Part shown: positions 13,771 to 28,153 of the stretch, in pieces
Layout: each line of letters opens with the position of its first letter
Position numbering within the stretch: the stretch's first letter is position 1
Program-made: the position numbers and the translations under genes
Origin: Octopus vulgaris
Lineage: Eukaryota
Assembly (NCBI GenBank): GCA_951406725.2
Contig: OX597828.1
Coordinates: 10,850,001 to 10,914,000, forward strand
Direction of reading: 5' to 3'
Length of the DNA: 64,000 nucleotides
The notes under the pieces: model-generated
What the model was told of the DNA's origin: nothing
The model's database searches: none
Seen by the model: the letters and a program-made list of their open reading frames with translations, nothing else

Positions 13771-14371
13771 TGTATGTATGTATGTATGTATGTATATGAA
13801 AGCATTATTCCATGCCTGTCACTCGTAGAAATGTGGACGTGTATTTGGTATAAAGTCTTCTATGTACACTTTAACATTAAAAACAACATGTATATATATA
13901 TATGTGTGTGTGTGTGTATTTATATATATAAATATATATATATATATATCTTGTGAATCATATTTGTCCCTTAAATGTGGCTAAACCTTAAGGGTTGATG
14001 CTACTGTAGCATGTAGCCCCATGGAGGACACCTCCAGCTGGCTATTGACACACTTTCTGCGCCTTATCATTATCTGCAAAGGGAAGCCGTCTTTCCCATC
14101 TCCAGCCTCGCTCAGAGATTTGTTATATATATATATATATATATATTTATAAAGGTTCGCCCAAAAGTAGGTTCATTCATATATTAACAGTTTGGATGTT
14201 AATTATAAAAAAAATATGAAACCATTATTCTATAGTAATTTAGTTAATTGTGAGATAGAAATTTGAAGGTAATAAAATGTTTTAAAGAAATTTAAAGTGC
14301 CTACGCGATAACTTTAAACATACTTCTGGACCACACTCTGTATACTGTATGTATGTATGTATGTATGTATG

Positions 14372-14402
<31 letters not shown>

Positions 14403-14594
14403 GCATGTATGTATAAATGTATTTATGTATGTATATATATGTATAGATAGCTACATAATACATACATACCTACATACATGCACACATACATACATGCATG
14501 CATACATACATACATACATACATACATACATACATACATACATGCGTACATACATACATACATATATACATACATACATGCGTACATATATCTA

Positions 14595-14810
14595 CGAGAG
14601 CGTTCTTGAGAGTTCCTGGTTTTAAGGATGTCGCAAAAGGTCTGGTTGGAGATCCAAACCTTCCGAGTTCTTTAAGAGGGCTTAGAAAGACCAAATGACC
14701 GCTGCAATATATGTCTGAACCTGAGGTGAATATATATAACAAAATCATAATTAACTGATCCGCCAGTATTTTCTGTTATCCGAGGCCAGAAACTTTTCGG
14801 CACACCCTCG
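14595..14810. mobile_element. Mariner-type MITE
   Basis: TA|CGAGAGCGTTCTTGAGAGTTCCTGG ... CCAGAAACTTTTCGGCACACCCTCG|TA: imperfect ~25-bp TIRs with TA flanks. Confidence 0.7.
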
Positions 14811-15408
14811 TACGTATTTATCAACCCATACATACATGCGTACATAAATACCTACGTACTGATAATTCGTGCGCAAAATTAGATTAGAACGGATATCCAT
14901 TTGCTTTAGCATCAACTACATTGTGGTTTTTGAAATAATTGTGAATACAAAGAAACATTATATATATATATTCCATATATATGTAATTTTGTAATCTAAT
15001 TTTGTGTGTGTGTATGTGTATGTGTGTGTATGTGTATGTGTGTGTGTATGTGTATGTGTGTGTGTATGCACTCTATATACATAAACTGACATAAATACAT
15101 GCATACATACATACATACATACATACATACATACATACATACGTATAAGTATATAAATATATAAATATACATACAGATATATAACCCAATCATTATCGTA
15201 AATACTTACATACGGATACAAAGATACACAGCTATATACATAAATACACAAGCATATATATTCATCTATCTTTCTATCAATCTGTTTATATATCTATCGA
15301 TCGATCAATCTATCATTTCATTTAGCTATCTCTTCATATATGTGTGTATGTGTGTGTACGTATGTATGTTTGTTTGTATGCATGTTTGAATGTATAGATA
15401 TATATAGT

Positions 15409-15467
<59 letters not shown>

Positions 15468-15603
15468 GCTCAGACCGACGTATATACTTATATACTTAAT
15501 TCAGTAGAAACAAATATATGCGCCTCTTACTATTTCGTATTACCCTCTTCTTCATACATAGTAAAACTTCACTCGTATGTGTGAAATACTCAAAAACTAT
15601 ATA

Positions 15604-15666
<63 letters not shown>

Positions 15667-15678
15667 GTGTGTGTGTGA

Positions 15679-15720
<42 letters not shown>

Positions 15721-16262
15721 ATATATATATATTCGCAACGCACACGCACACATACACACATGTATAGATGTGAGTGTGCATGTCTGTGCACAAACCTCTA
15801 TTCCCTTCCTACATACATATATTCACGCACATGAATATGTATACTTATATACACTCACGCAAATATTCTGGACAGACTCCGGTTTTGCAATTACAGTTTG
15901 TGTATTTTAGTCCTTTAATTCTATCATTCTACACAGAAATATTCGGAAACGTTCTAATATATACAACACCGTCATGTTGCCGAATACTGGGTATTCGCTT
16001 ATGTTTTTAGTACAAATATATTAAGTATATGCATACCAAAATTACAACAAGTTAGTCAACCGTTTAGAAGGAATATTTTTTTGTCTCTAATTCTAATATT
16101 TTTAATAATTTTGTAAAATTTTATATTAACACGCTAATAAATTCATAAATGTGAAGAACATGGAATGACAGAAAAGGCTATACAAGTATCTTTCTATATC
16201 ACAACAGATTTTGTTCCTTCTGTCTCTTTTCTTATCTGTCTGTCTTTGTCCTTCTCTTTCTT

Positions 16263-16314
<52 letters not shown>

Positions 16315-16637
16315 ACTATCTCTCTCTCTCTGTCATTCTCTTTATGTTTCTCTACGTAAGACACTGAAGTCGTTATCAAATCTGCATACAAACACACAGA
16401 CACAAACATAAGCAATGGCTGAGCCGTGTGTATATGTATGTTTCTACGAACGTTTATAAGTGTGCGCGTTGACGTGTGTGTTTACGTATTAATGTATATG
16501 TAAGTATGTACACATGTTCGTATGGATGCATGCATGTTTCTATGTATGTATGAATGCAGGTGTGTGTATGTATGTATATCGAAGCAGGCAACAGACAGTA
16601 AAAGTAGTTTGATCAAACAGATAACGAATTTTAAATG

Positions 16638-16670
<33 letters not shown>

Positions 16671-16849
16671 ATAAAGAACGTGCTTAGAATTTCGCATGAC
16701 GCAAGACTATATACGTATTTTCATAAATAAATAAATGTATATATATATATATAAATAATAAAAGCCTATATATATACATAATACAAACATAAATTTATAT
16801 ATAGATACATAGATATTTGATAAATAAATAACTGTACATATATACATAT

Positions 16850-17552
<703 letters not shown>

Positions 17553-17758
17553 ATGTTATATCGATAATAAATAAATAAATGTATATTTATTTAGATATAT
17601 AGATATATAATAAATAAATACGTACATAATTGTACATATGTGTGTGTGTATGTGTGAGTGTATGTGGATGATGGTGGGGTGTAAATAAGTGCATAGATAG
17701 ATATAGAAATAGATATAATGTAACATATAGATACACAGACATACACACACATACATAT

Positions 17759-18051
17759 ATTTGATTAATGGGACAGACGGAAGATGGACGGAAGATTGAC
17801 TCATTTAGCATCAGTCCCTTACAGGTGGAACACTTGACATACCTAGAAGATATATGGTGCAACAGTCGTTATTTTAGGGGATAGATCTTGTAATTACTTG
17901 GAGCGACATAACTCCCTCGTCGTCAGGTACTCATAAAGTAGTTGTTAAGTATCTCACCCGTGAGAGATCCGTGCTAAATGGATCGAAACAATTACAGTGA
18001 TTAATAAACGTTCGCGTATCTTCCATCTTCCGTCTCTCTCATTAACCAAAT
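17759..18051. mobile_element. MITE-like element with ~30-bp terminal inverted repeats
   Basis: ATTTGATTAATGGGACAGACGGAAGATGGA versus TCCATCTTCCGTCTCTCTCATTAACCAAAT; inner inverted pair CATTTAGCA/TGCTAAATG. Confidence 0.55.
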
Positions 18052-18125
18052 CCATAAGAAACTCCGCGAAACTTAACGTGCTTTACCGGTAAGCTTCCAC
18101 GTGTATACCATACGATTTATTATCC

Positions 18126-18173
<48 letters not shown>

Positions 18174-18195
18174 CATAATAATTACAATTATATAA

Positions 18196-18235
<40 letters not shown>

Positions 18236-18238
18236 GCA

Positions 18239-18309
<71 letters not shown>

Positions 18310-18317
<8 letters not shown>

Positions 18318-18490
18318 TTGATTAAAACACCTGAGTAATTGACAGGATAAAAAGACAACAATGTGAGGGTGTAGCACATGTAAAGTATTAATAAGGCGTT
18401 CAGTGAAAGAAAAGGGCAGGTGTTTCACGTTTCGAGCATAGCTCTACTTCGGAAACAAGGAACATAGGAAAGTTCAAAGGAAAAGGGAAA
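18310..18490 (-). mobile_element. PLE-like 3' end with degenerate hammerhead
   Basis: Minus strand GTTTC-CGAAGTA-GAGCTATGCTC-GAAA-CG-T-GAAAC; ends in (TA)n. Confidence 0.45.
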
Positions 18491-18989
18491 AGGAGGCAAA
18501 AGACAAAGAAGACAAATGTCATCTATGAATGTGAGGAGTGAATTGAGGATAGAAGGGTTTTGACAATGTGATGAACATGCGGGTTGTTCTCGCCATAGTT
18601 ATCTCGAAGTTTCGACCAGTTAAGCCATTATCGGACAACAGCTTAGCTAGTCGAAACTTCAAAGTCACTGTCAATAATATTCTTGTACAAGAATAATAAA
18701 TTTGAACTTTACAAAAGTAGAATGTACAATTGCTTTAGATATAAATGAACACAAAAATAGACATTAATATATATATATATATATTTATATATATACATAT
18801 ATATATATATATATACATATTTATATATATATATATATATAAGTATATGTTTATGCATATATATATATAAATATATGTTTATGTATATATATATATATTT
18901 ACACACGCGTTTATGAATTTCTGTTACGAAAACCACCGTTTTCATCAGGTGAATATACAGGAAATACCTATTTGAAAGCAACATTTCAA

Positions 18990-20099
18990 AATCACCACGA
19001 TGATTATCACAGACACTTCTGTTTACTTTGTTCGTATAAAGATATTGAATTAAGGCATCCTTGAAATCCTGTGGTACACAACCTGCCATCAAGATATTTA
19101 TGAAGAGATCATGCGGTTTCTTAAAATGCTTTTGTCCACTATGCTTGTAGACTTCAGGAAAGACAGCATCTCTACTAGTTGCTTTACCAGAAGAGGTATG
19201 TTTCACAGAGTTTACCACTTCCAGGAAGTTTGGCTCCAGAGACAATTTCAGTATTTCAGCGCGCTGTGGAAAAGACATTATAATGTCATCAATAGGCACT
19301 GAAGCGGGGTTCAAAACGGCTTCGAAGTGATCTTTCTATCGTTCCAGGATGTCATTTGTTAGTTAAAAGTGTTTCTCCATTGGATGAAAAACTAGCAGAA
19401 ACACTGTGCTATTGAAGACAATACGTTTTTGATAATATTATAAAAGTCTTTAGAATGTTTCTTCTGTCCAGAGCTTCTTGAAGCTCAGTAGCCTTGGAAG
19501 ACCACCAAACCTACTTCATCTGTTTCAGAGCACGCTGGACTTGACCTCAACATTTCTTATAAACATTCTCTTTTCTAGATGAGTTCTTAACGTTTGTACA
19601 TGGCTTAGGAGAGCTGTGAATTTTGTCTATCAACTGCTGGACATTTCTGTTGTTATCATTGAACCAATCTTGATGTTTACAAACAGAAAGTTCAAGAATT
19701 TATACAGATGCAGAGTGCGTTTCATCATGCAAAGTCTTCCAAGATGATTCTGTGTCATAACTGACAGATCATGAATACGCCAAGGCAATGATGACTTTTG
19801 TAGACTTGTGTGTTTTATATTGAACGTAGCCTTGCTACGGAGAAGATAATGGTCAGAGAGATATCAAGTGTTATGAAAGAAACGTGTACTGCTAAAGTAG
19901 CTAATATCTCGCTTCTTAGTGATAACATAGTCTATGAGATGAAATCACGGAACTAGTTGTAACATTCATTATCTTCCTGCCCAGTGCTGGCCACGGTTGG
20001 TGAAGAGCAAGTGACAAGCGTAGCACGAGTATTGTGATCAAGTTCCACCGTTGGTATCACGATGTGATTAGAAATACCTTTGGGGAGAAAGCAGGGATA

Positions 20100-20100
<1 letters not shown>
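18990..20100 (-). pseudogene. Decayed RTE-clade LINE fragment (endonuclease end, linker, RT start)
   Basis: [16 protein letters not shown]...[29 protein letters not shown]; HLIDYVITKKRD near 19920; ATLVTCSSPT near 20010; many disruptions. Confidence 0.85.
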
Positions 20101-20174
<74 letters not shown>

Positions 20175-20620
20175 CATATATACATATTCACACACACATA
20201 TATATATAATTTCACAACGGATCAAATAATTCAGGAGAAAATATTTGCGAAGATATTATTGACTCTATAATTATCTAGTGTAACAATTAAAAATGATAAT
20301 AATAACAGAATCAATAATATCGGCGATTAAAGACCCCAAAAGCATCAAATAGTTGAAGTATTATGTCAAAGGACATAATAAATATGTCTACCTGCTGAAA
20401 ATAACAGTCAAAACTTTTAGCATTTATCATTGTTTTTTCTGCGATTTAAATAAGAGTTTTGCCTCTTATTTCCATCTGGTAGACATACTTCGTATACACT
20501 ATATCTACCTCAGGAATTCCGCTGTGTTCTTTTGGATTTTAATTGATGCGGGAAACGGAAAATGGAAAATGGATCTGGTACGAATTTTCATTCTCACATA
20601 TACACACACACACACACACA

Positions 20621-20664
<44 letters not shown>

Positions 20665-20947
20665 TATATATACATATATATATACATGTATATATGTATA
20701 CATATACATATATACATATATATATATACATATATACATATATATATATGCATATATATATACATATATATATGCATATATATACATATATATATATACA
20801 TATATACATATATATAGATATATATATATATATATATATATACATACATATATATATATATATGTGTGTGTGTGTGTAAGCATGCGCGCACAGTCACAAA
20901 TATGCACACGCAGACAAACACACATAAATATGAATGTATGAGTTAAG

Positions 20948-21180
20948 TGGAGACAGAAGGCTTAGTGATTATGGTGTTTCATTCAGGATATTAAGATTGT
21001 GATTTCGATTCCTGGGCTAGGTAATACACTTTAGTCCTTGAGCATGTTGCTCTAATCCAATCAGAAGACAAACCTGAGTTATCCTTCGATAGACCAGCGT
21101 CATCGGGGTGGAAGTATACATACCACAGAATCAAGAAAACCGCAGTTATGAACCCATGACGCGAGATGGATCTTCAATTT
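20948..21180 (+). mobile_element. Old tRNA-headed SINE related to 31336-31594
   Basis: GGCTTAGTG...GATTTCGATTCCTGG, GTCCTTGAGCA, degenerate tail, T-run. Confidence 0.5.
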
Positions 21181-22195
21181 TTTTTTTTTTACGATTGTAG
21201 ATAGATGTTTGCGTGTCAGATTATCTCCAATGTTTTAAAATCATTTCATTTGATAACGCTTTTCCTCTATACCATATTTAATATAAGAATGTTGGTATAC
21301 CAGCATTTGTTATTTCTTTTCTAGTTTTCATCCTTTCTAACATGTTACAAAGGCGAAAACATAGTGCTATGCTCGATGGCCGTAGCCCAGTGTACACTAC
21401 AAAGCAATTTGATCAAACAAAGCAATTTGTCAAATTTTATTAATGAAAACATTAATTTTATTACAATTGGTCGCAATGGCATAACAGCTGCTAGTAAACG
21501 AGATATTTAGATATTGCTTCTTCCTCGCAAAATAACGGTAAAAGTATGTTACGAGAGTCAGTAATTTCTTGCTCAAGATTTCCATGCAGAATTGAAAAAG
21601 GAAGAATATAACATAATCTGCTTCACCAAAAGTGCAGGAAGAGTTCACATGTGTAATGTGAAGTGCTTGGTTCCAACCTTTGAGGTAAAGGTACTAATAC
21701 CTGCAGAACTGGTTAGAGGGCAGAACAAAGCGAGAGGCACAAATGCTACACATGTAGCAATCCGATATTCTTGCACACCTGGCCTGAGAGAGAAACAAAG
21801 TATCATTTTGTCCCGCTGCTTCTAGCTTTCCTTACAAAAATGTAACAACAGCAACTTTAACACTGCAAGCAACCTCAACATACCGGTATATATCACAGCA
21901 GCCAGAGCTGAAGTTTAAACACTGCAAGGAATTGACCAGGCTATAGACAACAAATCCATTTTTCTGGGAAGAGCAGAATAGCATAAAAAAAACCAGTGCA
22001 AGCACCACAGCGCGAATGTTAGAATTTGTCTCGCCTGTCTATGACTTTCAAAAGTCTTAATAACCGATGGTTCACGAAGATATGACGACTGCCGTGGACA
22101 CTTGCCTACCGGCAAACAAGTATGGGTGGTAAGTTGAATTTGTGTGGTTGCTAATATAAGCATGTATGTATATATATATATATACAGAGAGACAG

Positions 22196-22714
22196 GGCAT
22201 ATTTGGCATTAGAAGTTTTTCGTTTGCCCTTATTTAGTTGTTTATAAATTTAAACATTAAAGGTATTTTTTAATATGCTGGCCATTGATAAAAACTTTTT
22301 TTTCGACAAAATGTTATCCTACATTAGATATAAATTTAATAGTGTTCACTTCCGGACTCTCTCACTCTGTGAGAGTTTCAGTTCGAATTACACGTGTCTC
22401 GAATGGGCTGGAGAATTTCTATTTTGCATATATTTGGGGTACTTAATTGTGCTCATGACTTAGTGTTTGCTTCTTCCATGGGTATGAGTAAGTATTTCCT
22501 TTATTTCTTTGCCGCATTTATCACTGACGAAGGGAGGATTCTTATGAACTAACCCTGAAATCGGTCCGATATGGTAATAACGGAATTTTTAAGAAATTTC
22601 TGCCGACCTTTTTCGAGTAGCGTGTGTATTGTGAAAAATATATGGTTATAGACAATGTGTCTAGCTTCGGCATATTTGGCATTAGAAATTTTTTCATTTG
22701 CCCTTGTTTATAAG

Positions 22715-22716
<2 letters not shown>
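22196..22716 (+). mobile_element. Hammerhead-bearing element copy 2: 473-bp unit plus ~45-bp terminal direct repeat
   Basis: GGCATATTTGGCATTAGAA..TTTGCCCTT occurs at both 22196 and 22669; HHR at 22518; TA runs on both sides. Confidence 0.8.
22518..22577 (+). ncRNA. Type I minimal hammerhead ribozyme motif (intact core)
   Basis: TTATCA-CTGACGA-AGGG...CCCT-GAAA-TCG GTC CGA-TA-TGGTAA; all core nucleotides and three stems present; predicted cleavage after AUA at 22571. Confidence 0.8.
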
Positions 22717-22752
<36 letters not shown>

Positions 22753-22796
22753 TGCCAATCGTTTTGTTAAGCACTGTCGAGTTTTACAATTCTATT

Positions 22797-23113
22797 TTAT
22801 AAGCTGAAAGCTTACAGCGATCACCGCGCAATGACTAAAGAATATAGTTTTATAATGAGGTATATAAAACCTCGACAGGACAAAGTAGGTTTTCCCGTAC
22901 GAATGGAACTCGAACCCACATCCCTTTGTTTACACGACTAAGTGCGTTACCGATTACACAGTACCGATTACTCGGTAACACATTTAGTCGCGTTAATTCT
23001 GGGATATAGTTTCGAGTCCCACGCGTACGGGAAAGCCTACTTTCCTCTGCAGAGGGCTTAGTCGAGGGCATAGTCATTGCGCGATGATCGCTATAAGCTT
23101 TAAGCTTGTAAAT
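22797..23113. repeat. Imperfect ~317-bp palindrome made of two divergent tRNA-like-headed units
   Basis: The arms pair along their length (AAGCTTACAGCGATCACCGCGCAATGACTA / TAGTCATTGCGCGATGATCGCTATAAGCTT); B-box-like GGTTCGAGTTCC (minus) and GTTTCGAGTCCC (plus). Confidence 0.75.
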
Positions 23114-23116
23114 TAT

Positions 23117-23158
<42 letters not shown>

Positions 23159-23170
23159 TGGGGGGAAGGG

Positions 23171-23264
<94 letters not shown>

Positions 23265-23878
23265 AGGGCACATACTGACATGCAAACACGTGTGTTTGTG
23301 TGTGTGTAAGTATTTTGGCTCCTATCTTTTCATATCTATTCTTTATAGATTGCCCCTGCAATCGCATCTGATTTCTTTTTTATAGCATAAAAAACAAGAA
23401 GAGTTCCCAAACTCTAATTCCACTAAAGATGTACGCATTTTAATATACTTTAATTTCATTCTAAATCTGACGACGGCATCACAGCGTATCTGTTCACTTG
23501 CGAAAAGGAGAGGGGAATGGAGGAGGGGAGAGAGAAATAGAGACAGAAGGTGACGGAGAGAGAAAGGGATGGGAAAGAGATCTACAGGACGCAGTACGGC
23601 AATACTGTTTTATGTGTAAATACTGAACGAACGAAAACCAAATTTAAATACATCGGGATTTGAACTCCGAAAAAGAAAGCACAACAAACATGGACACAGT
23701 AGGTGCCCGGTCTAATGACATGTTTCCGTGCGCGCGTGTGTGTGTGTGTGTGCGTGTGTGTGTATCACTCTCTCTCTCGCTCTCTTTTTCTGTCTCCCAC
23801 CCTTCATCCCTCCCAATCTATCTATCTGTCCCAAATAAAGGCAGATACACACACACACAGACACACACACGCATATAT

Positions 23879-23927
<49 letters not shown>

Positions 23928-23932
23928 TGGAT

Positions 23933-23970
<38 letters not shown>

Positions 23971-23973
<3 letters not shown>

Positions 23974-25196
23974 TGTTTCTTTATTAGCCACACAGGGCTG
24001 CACACAGATAGAACAAATTACAAGGTAGAGCTTTTCTTTTGAAGGTTTAAAAAAAAAAAAAAAAAAAAGGGGGAGTTTCGATCAAAAGGGATCGTAAAAG
24101 GAGAGAAAGAGGACAAAAAAAAGGGGGGGTTAAAAAAAAGAGGGAGAGGAAAAAAAAATTGATCAATAGGGATCGTTATCACAGAAATGTCAATATGAAG
24201 TGTAAAGAGGAGGACAGGTGAGGTTTACCCGTGGAAAGAAAAGCCTACGGAAAAGACCACGGTAACCTCGGTCAATGGAGTCACATGTTATATTTCTTAA
24301 TTTTTTTTTTTTGCGAATAAGCAACTCTCTGTTTTCAATTTCTGGGTTCATAGGATCATGCTCAAGGTGGCTTCGTCATTCATACGTGCGATTCTTGCTA
24401 CATTCACCCATCTTTTTTTAAAACATTCGCTAGACAAAACTTGCCTCTCTACTCTCACTTTCCTTTTCAAGTGGTACTTGAAGAAGTTGATGAGAGATTG
24501 ACCAGAGAGGAAAGTGTTTGTCTCCAATCCTTTCAGACGCGTCCACCAGATACATTCTTTCGCCATAGCCACAAGGATGATGAAAATAGCTCTTCCTTCC
24601 CGTTTGAAAGAAGGAGGCGTGACAATATTGACGATAGACTCAGCTGATAAACCGACTCGTCCCACACATGACAGCAGTTGTTCGACATAAGCCCACAAGT
24701 CGGAAATTGTTGGACACTGCACGAGTGCGTGCAGAACGGTTTCGTCGCTCTGACCGCATCTCGGGCAGGTCGGCCCCGTGTTTCTCGAGCCGTGTCTGTA
24801 GAGCTTATCCCGAACGGGTAGCGCTTCTCGGTAGCACTGCCAGGCCAGGGATCTCTGAAAGTTGTCCATGGGCCCTGGCCCGAAAGTCGTCCTGAACAGG
24901 CGGGTCAGGTACTCCTCGTCGACGTCCAGGTTCGCCCCGAGCTCGTCGTCGTACCTCCCCTCCACTAAACCCCTATAGAATGCTTTGGTTGTGTTGAAGT
25001 CACTCAAGGTTGACCCAGGACGGCAGAGTTGCTTGAGAGCAACGCGACACTCGCGGTGCCATTCGCCCTTCCTCGGCCTCTTTTTGATCCACGACTGCAG
25101 TTCGGTCATGGAGACGAGCTGCGGGAAAGCGTGCCTCACAAACGGCGACCACACCTGTTCACCGTCGTCTACATAGAGCCAGAGATGTCTCAGCGC
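23971..25196 (-). mobile_element. 5'-truncated Tx1/L1-clade LINE (ORF2 C-terminus with zf-RVT, 3' UTR) within (GATA)n
   Basis: Frame open 25196-24348 with W..YREALPV...CPRCGQSDETVLHALVQC...IWWTR; AATAAA near the 3' end; (GATA)n on both flanks. Confidence 0.9.
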
Positions 25197-25226
25197 AGAT
25201 AGATAGATAGAAAGACAGACAGAGAA

Positions 25227-25274
<48 letters not shown>

Positions 25275-25457
25275 TTAGATTGATAGATAGATAGACAGAC
25301 AGACATATGGATAGATAGATAGATAGATACAGCGAGAGAGAGTGTGAGAAAGAAAGAGAGACGAAAAGAGATAATATATGGAGAGATATATGTATATGTA
25401 GATATGTAATTATATATACAGTGTATATGTATGTATGCATGTATGTATGTATGTATG

Positions 25458-25501
<44 letters not shown>

Positions 25502-25536
25502 AATGTATGAATGTATATAAGTATGTATTAGCTATG

Positions 25537-25577
<41 letters not shown>

Positions 25578-25717
25578 GCATACCTAATACATACATATAT
25601 ACACTCATACATTCATACATATGTACACATTCATAAACATACATATATAGCCATATATACGATATATTTGTAAAAACGCTAATATATATAATTATGAATA
25701 TGTGTATGTGTGTAATA

Positions 25718-26122
25718 TCTCTTTTACTCTTTTACTTGTTTTAGTCATTTGACTGCGGCCATGCTGGAGCACAGCCTTTAATCGAGCAACTCGACGCCGG
25801 GACTTACTCTTTGTAAGCCCAGTACTTATTCTATCGGTCTCTTTTGCCGAACCACTAAGTGACGGGGACGTAAACACACCAGCATCGGTTGTCAAGCAAT
25901 GCTAGGGGGACAAACACAGACACCCAAACACATACACACATACATATATATATATATATACATATATACGACAGGCTTCTTTCAGTTTCCGTCTACCAAA
26001 TCCACTCACAAGGCATTGGTCGGCCCGGGGCTATAGCAGAAGACACTTGCCCAAGATGCCACGCAGTGCGACTGAACCTGGAACCATGTGGTTGGTTAGC
26101 AAGCTACTTACCACACAGCCAC
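25718..26122 (-). mobile_element. SINE family S2
   Basis: Well-preserved copy: TGGCTGTGTGGTAAGTAGCTTGC head to CCAGCATGGCCGCAGTCAAATGACT tail. Confidence 0.85.
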
Positions 26123-26123
26123 A

Positions 26124-26182
<59 letters not shown>

Positions 26183-26987
26183 ACATATATATATATAAAT
26201 ATATGTATGTATGTATGTGTATACACACACACACTTATATATATATATATATATATATATTAACACACGCACACACACATAGACCGACATAAATATGCAT
26301 ATATGTGCACGGATATCTGTATGTGTGTGTGTCTGCTTGCGTGTGTGTGTGAGTTTGCGTTTTTGTGTGTATGTATGTAGTTACCGTTTTGCGTAATATT
26401 AATATTGATTGCTTATTTTAGTATAGTTTTTTTTTTTTTGTTTTGCTTATATTCTTTATACATTTGTTAGTCTTTGTATTTATTTATTTAGTTATTTAGT
26501 TATTTTTGTATTCATCTTTTGCAAGTATTTATCAACAATCATGAAATGCTGTGCTTAAAATTCATGTGAATGTGACAAATTGCCTCAAATCCATATTCTT
26601 CCAGTTATTTATTTTAATATACATTTTTTCGTTTTTTTTTTTATATACGTGTTTCTATTTTTGTTTGTCTTTGGATTTTTGTATGGTGGTTTTGTTTAGA
26701 GTTTATTCATAATTTTATCGTGTTTATTTTTTGTTTTTTTTTTGCTATAGTTTCCAGTTCATGTAAAACTAATTAGGTTCCAGCGAAAGGAGAGGGCTGT
26801 CGGTGGAGCGGCGTAAAGTGACGACATTGCTTGTGAGCTTCTTCGACACTTTTCTCTCTATTTTCTCTGGCTTGCCAGGCTCACCTCTATATCTCTCCAA
26901 GTTCGCACGTTGTGCACACACGCACGCTTGTGCACAGGGGCGCTCACGCAAGGGGAAGCCGACATACGATGTAGAAAGGATATATAC

Positions 26988-27029
<42 letters not shown>

Positions 27030-27071
27030 TTACAGATAAATAGATAGATGTAATGATAGATTGATAGATAG

Positions 27072-27109
<38 letters not shown>

Positions 27110-27177
27110 GCTTCTGTGTGTGTTTTACATATATGGATATATGGTGCATGTATGTGCGTATTCATATAGATATATAT

Positions 27178-27212
<35 letters not shown>

Positions 27213-27288
27213 ATAGATAAATAGATAGTTGGAAGGATGGATAGATAGACAAATAAATAGAAAGATAGGTACATACATATATACATAC

Positions 27289-27335
<47 letters not shown>

Positions 27336-27654
27336 TACACATATATATGTATATATATATATATATGTGTATATATATACGTACATATATATATATATAT
27401 ATATATACATACATACATACATATATATATGCTTCCGTGTGTGTTTTACATATATGGATGTATGGTGCATGCGTGTCGGTATTCATATAGATGTGTATAT
27501 ATGTGTGTGTGTGTGTGTGTCATTATATACGTATCTATTCATACTTGCATATAAACGTATATATGCATACATATATGTGCGTGCATATATGCATATGTTT
27601 GTTTATAAAAGCGTGTATATGTCCATGTGCGTCAGTGTATGTGTGTGTATTTAT

Positions 27655-28068
27655 ATTGGTGAGAAGCTTGCTTCCCAACCACATTCTTCCGGGTTCGATC
27701 CCACAGCGATGCATGTTGGGCAAGTGTATAGTACTATATCCTCGGGTAGAGCAAAGCCTTGGGAATGGACTTGGCAGGCCGAAACTGAAGGAAACCCGTC
27801 GTATATATATATATGTATGTGTCAGTGCGTGTGTGTGTGTGTAGGTGTGTGTGTGTGTGTGTGTGTGTATTTGTGCGACTATGTTTGTTCCTTCCACCAT
27901 CGCTTGACTGCCGATGTTGGACTGTTTACGTCCCCGTAACTTAGCAGTTCGGCAATGGAACCGATAGAATAAGTACTAAGCTTACAAAGAATGACCTGAG
28001 GTGGATTCGTTCGACTAAAGCCGGTGCTTCAGCGTGGCTGTAATCAAAGGCTGAAACAAGTAAAAGAG
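27655..28068 (+). mobile_element. SINE family S2
   Basis: GGGTTCGATCCC B-box, GAAACTGAAGGAAACCCGTCG, microsatellite, GCTGAAACAAGTAAAAG tail. Confidence 0.8.
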
Positions 28069-28107
28069 CATCTGTGTGTATATATACATATATATACACA
28101 CATACAA

Positions 28108-28153
<46 letters not shown>

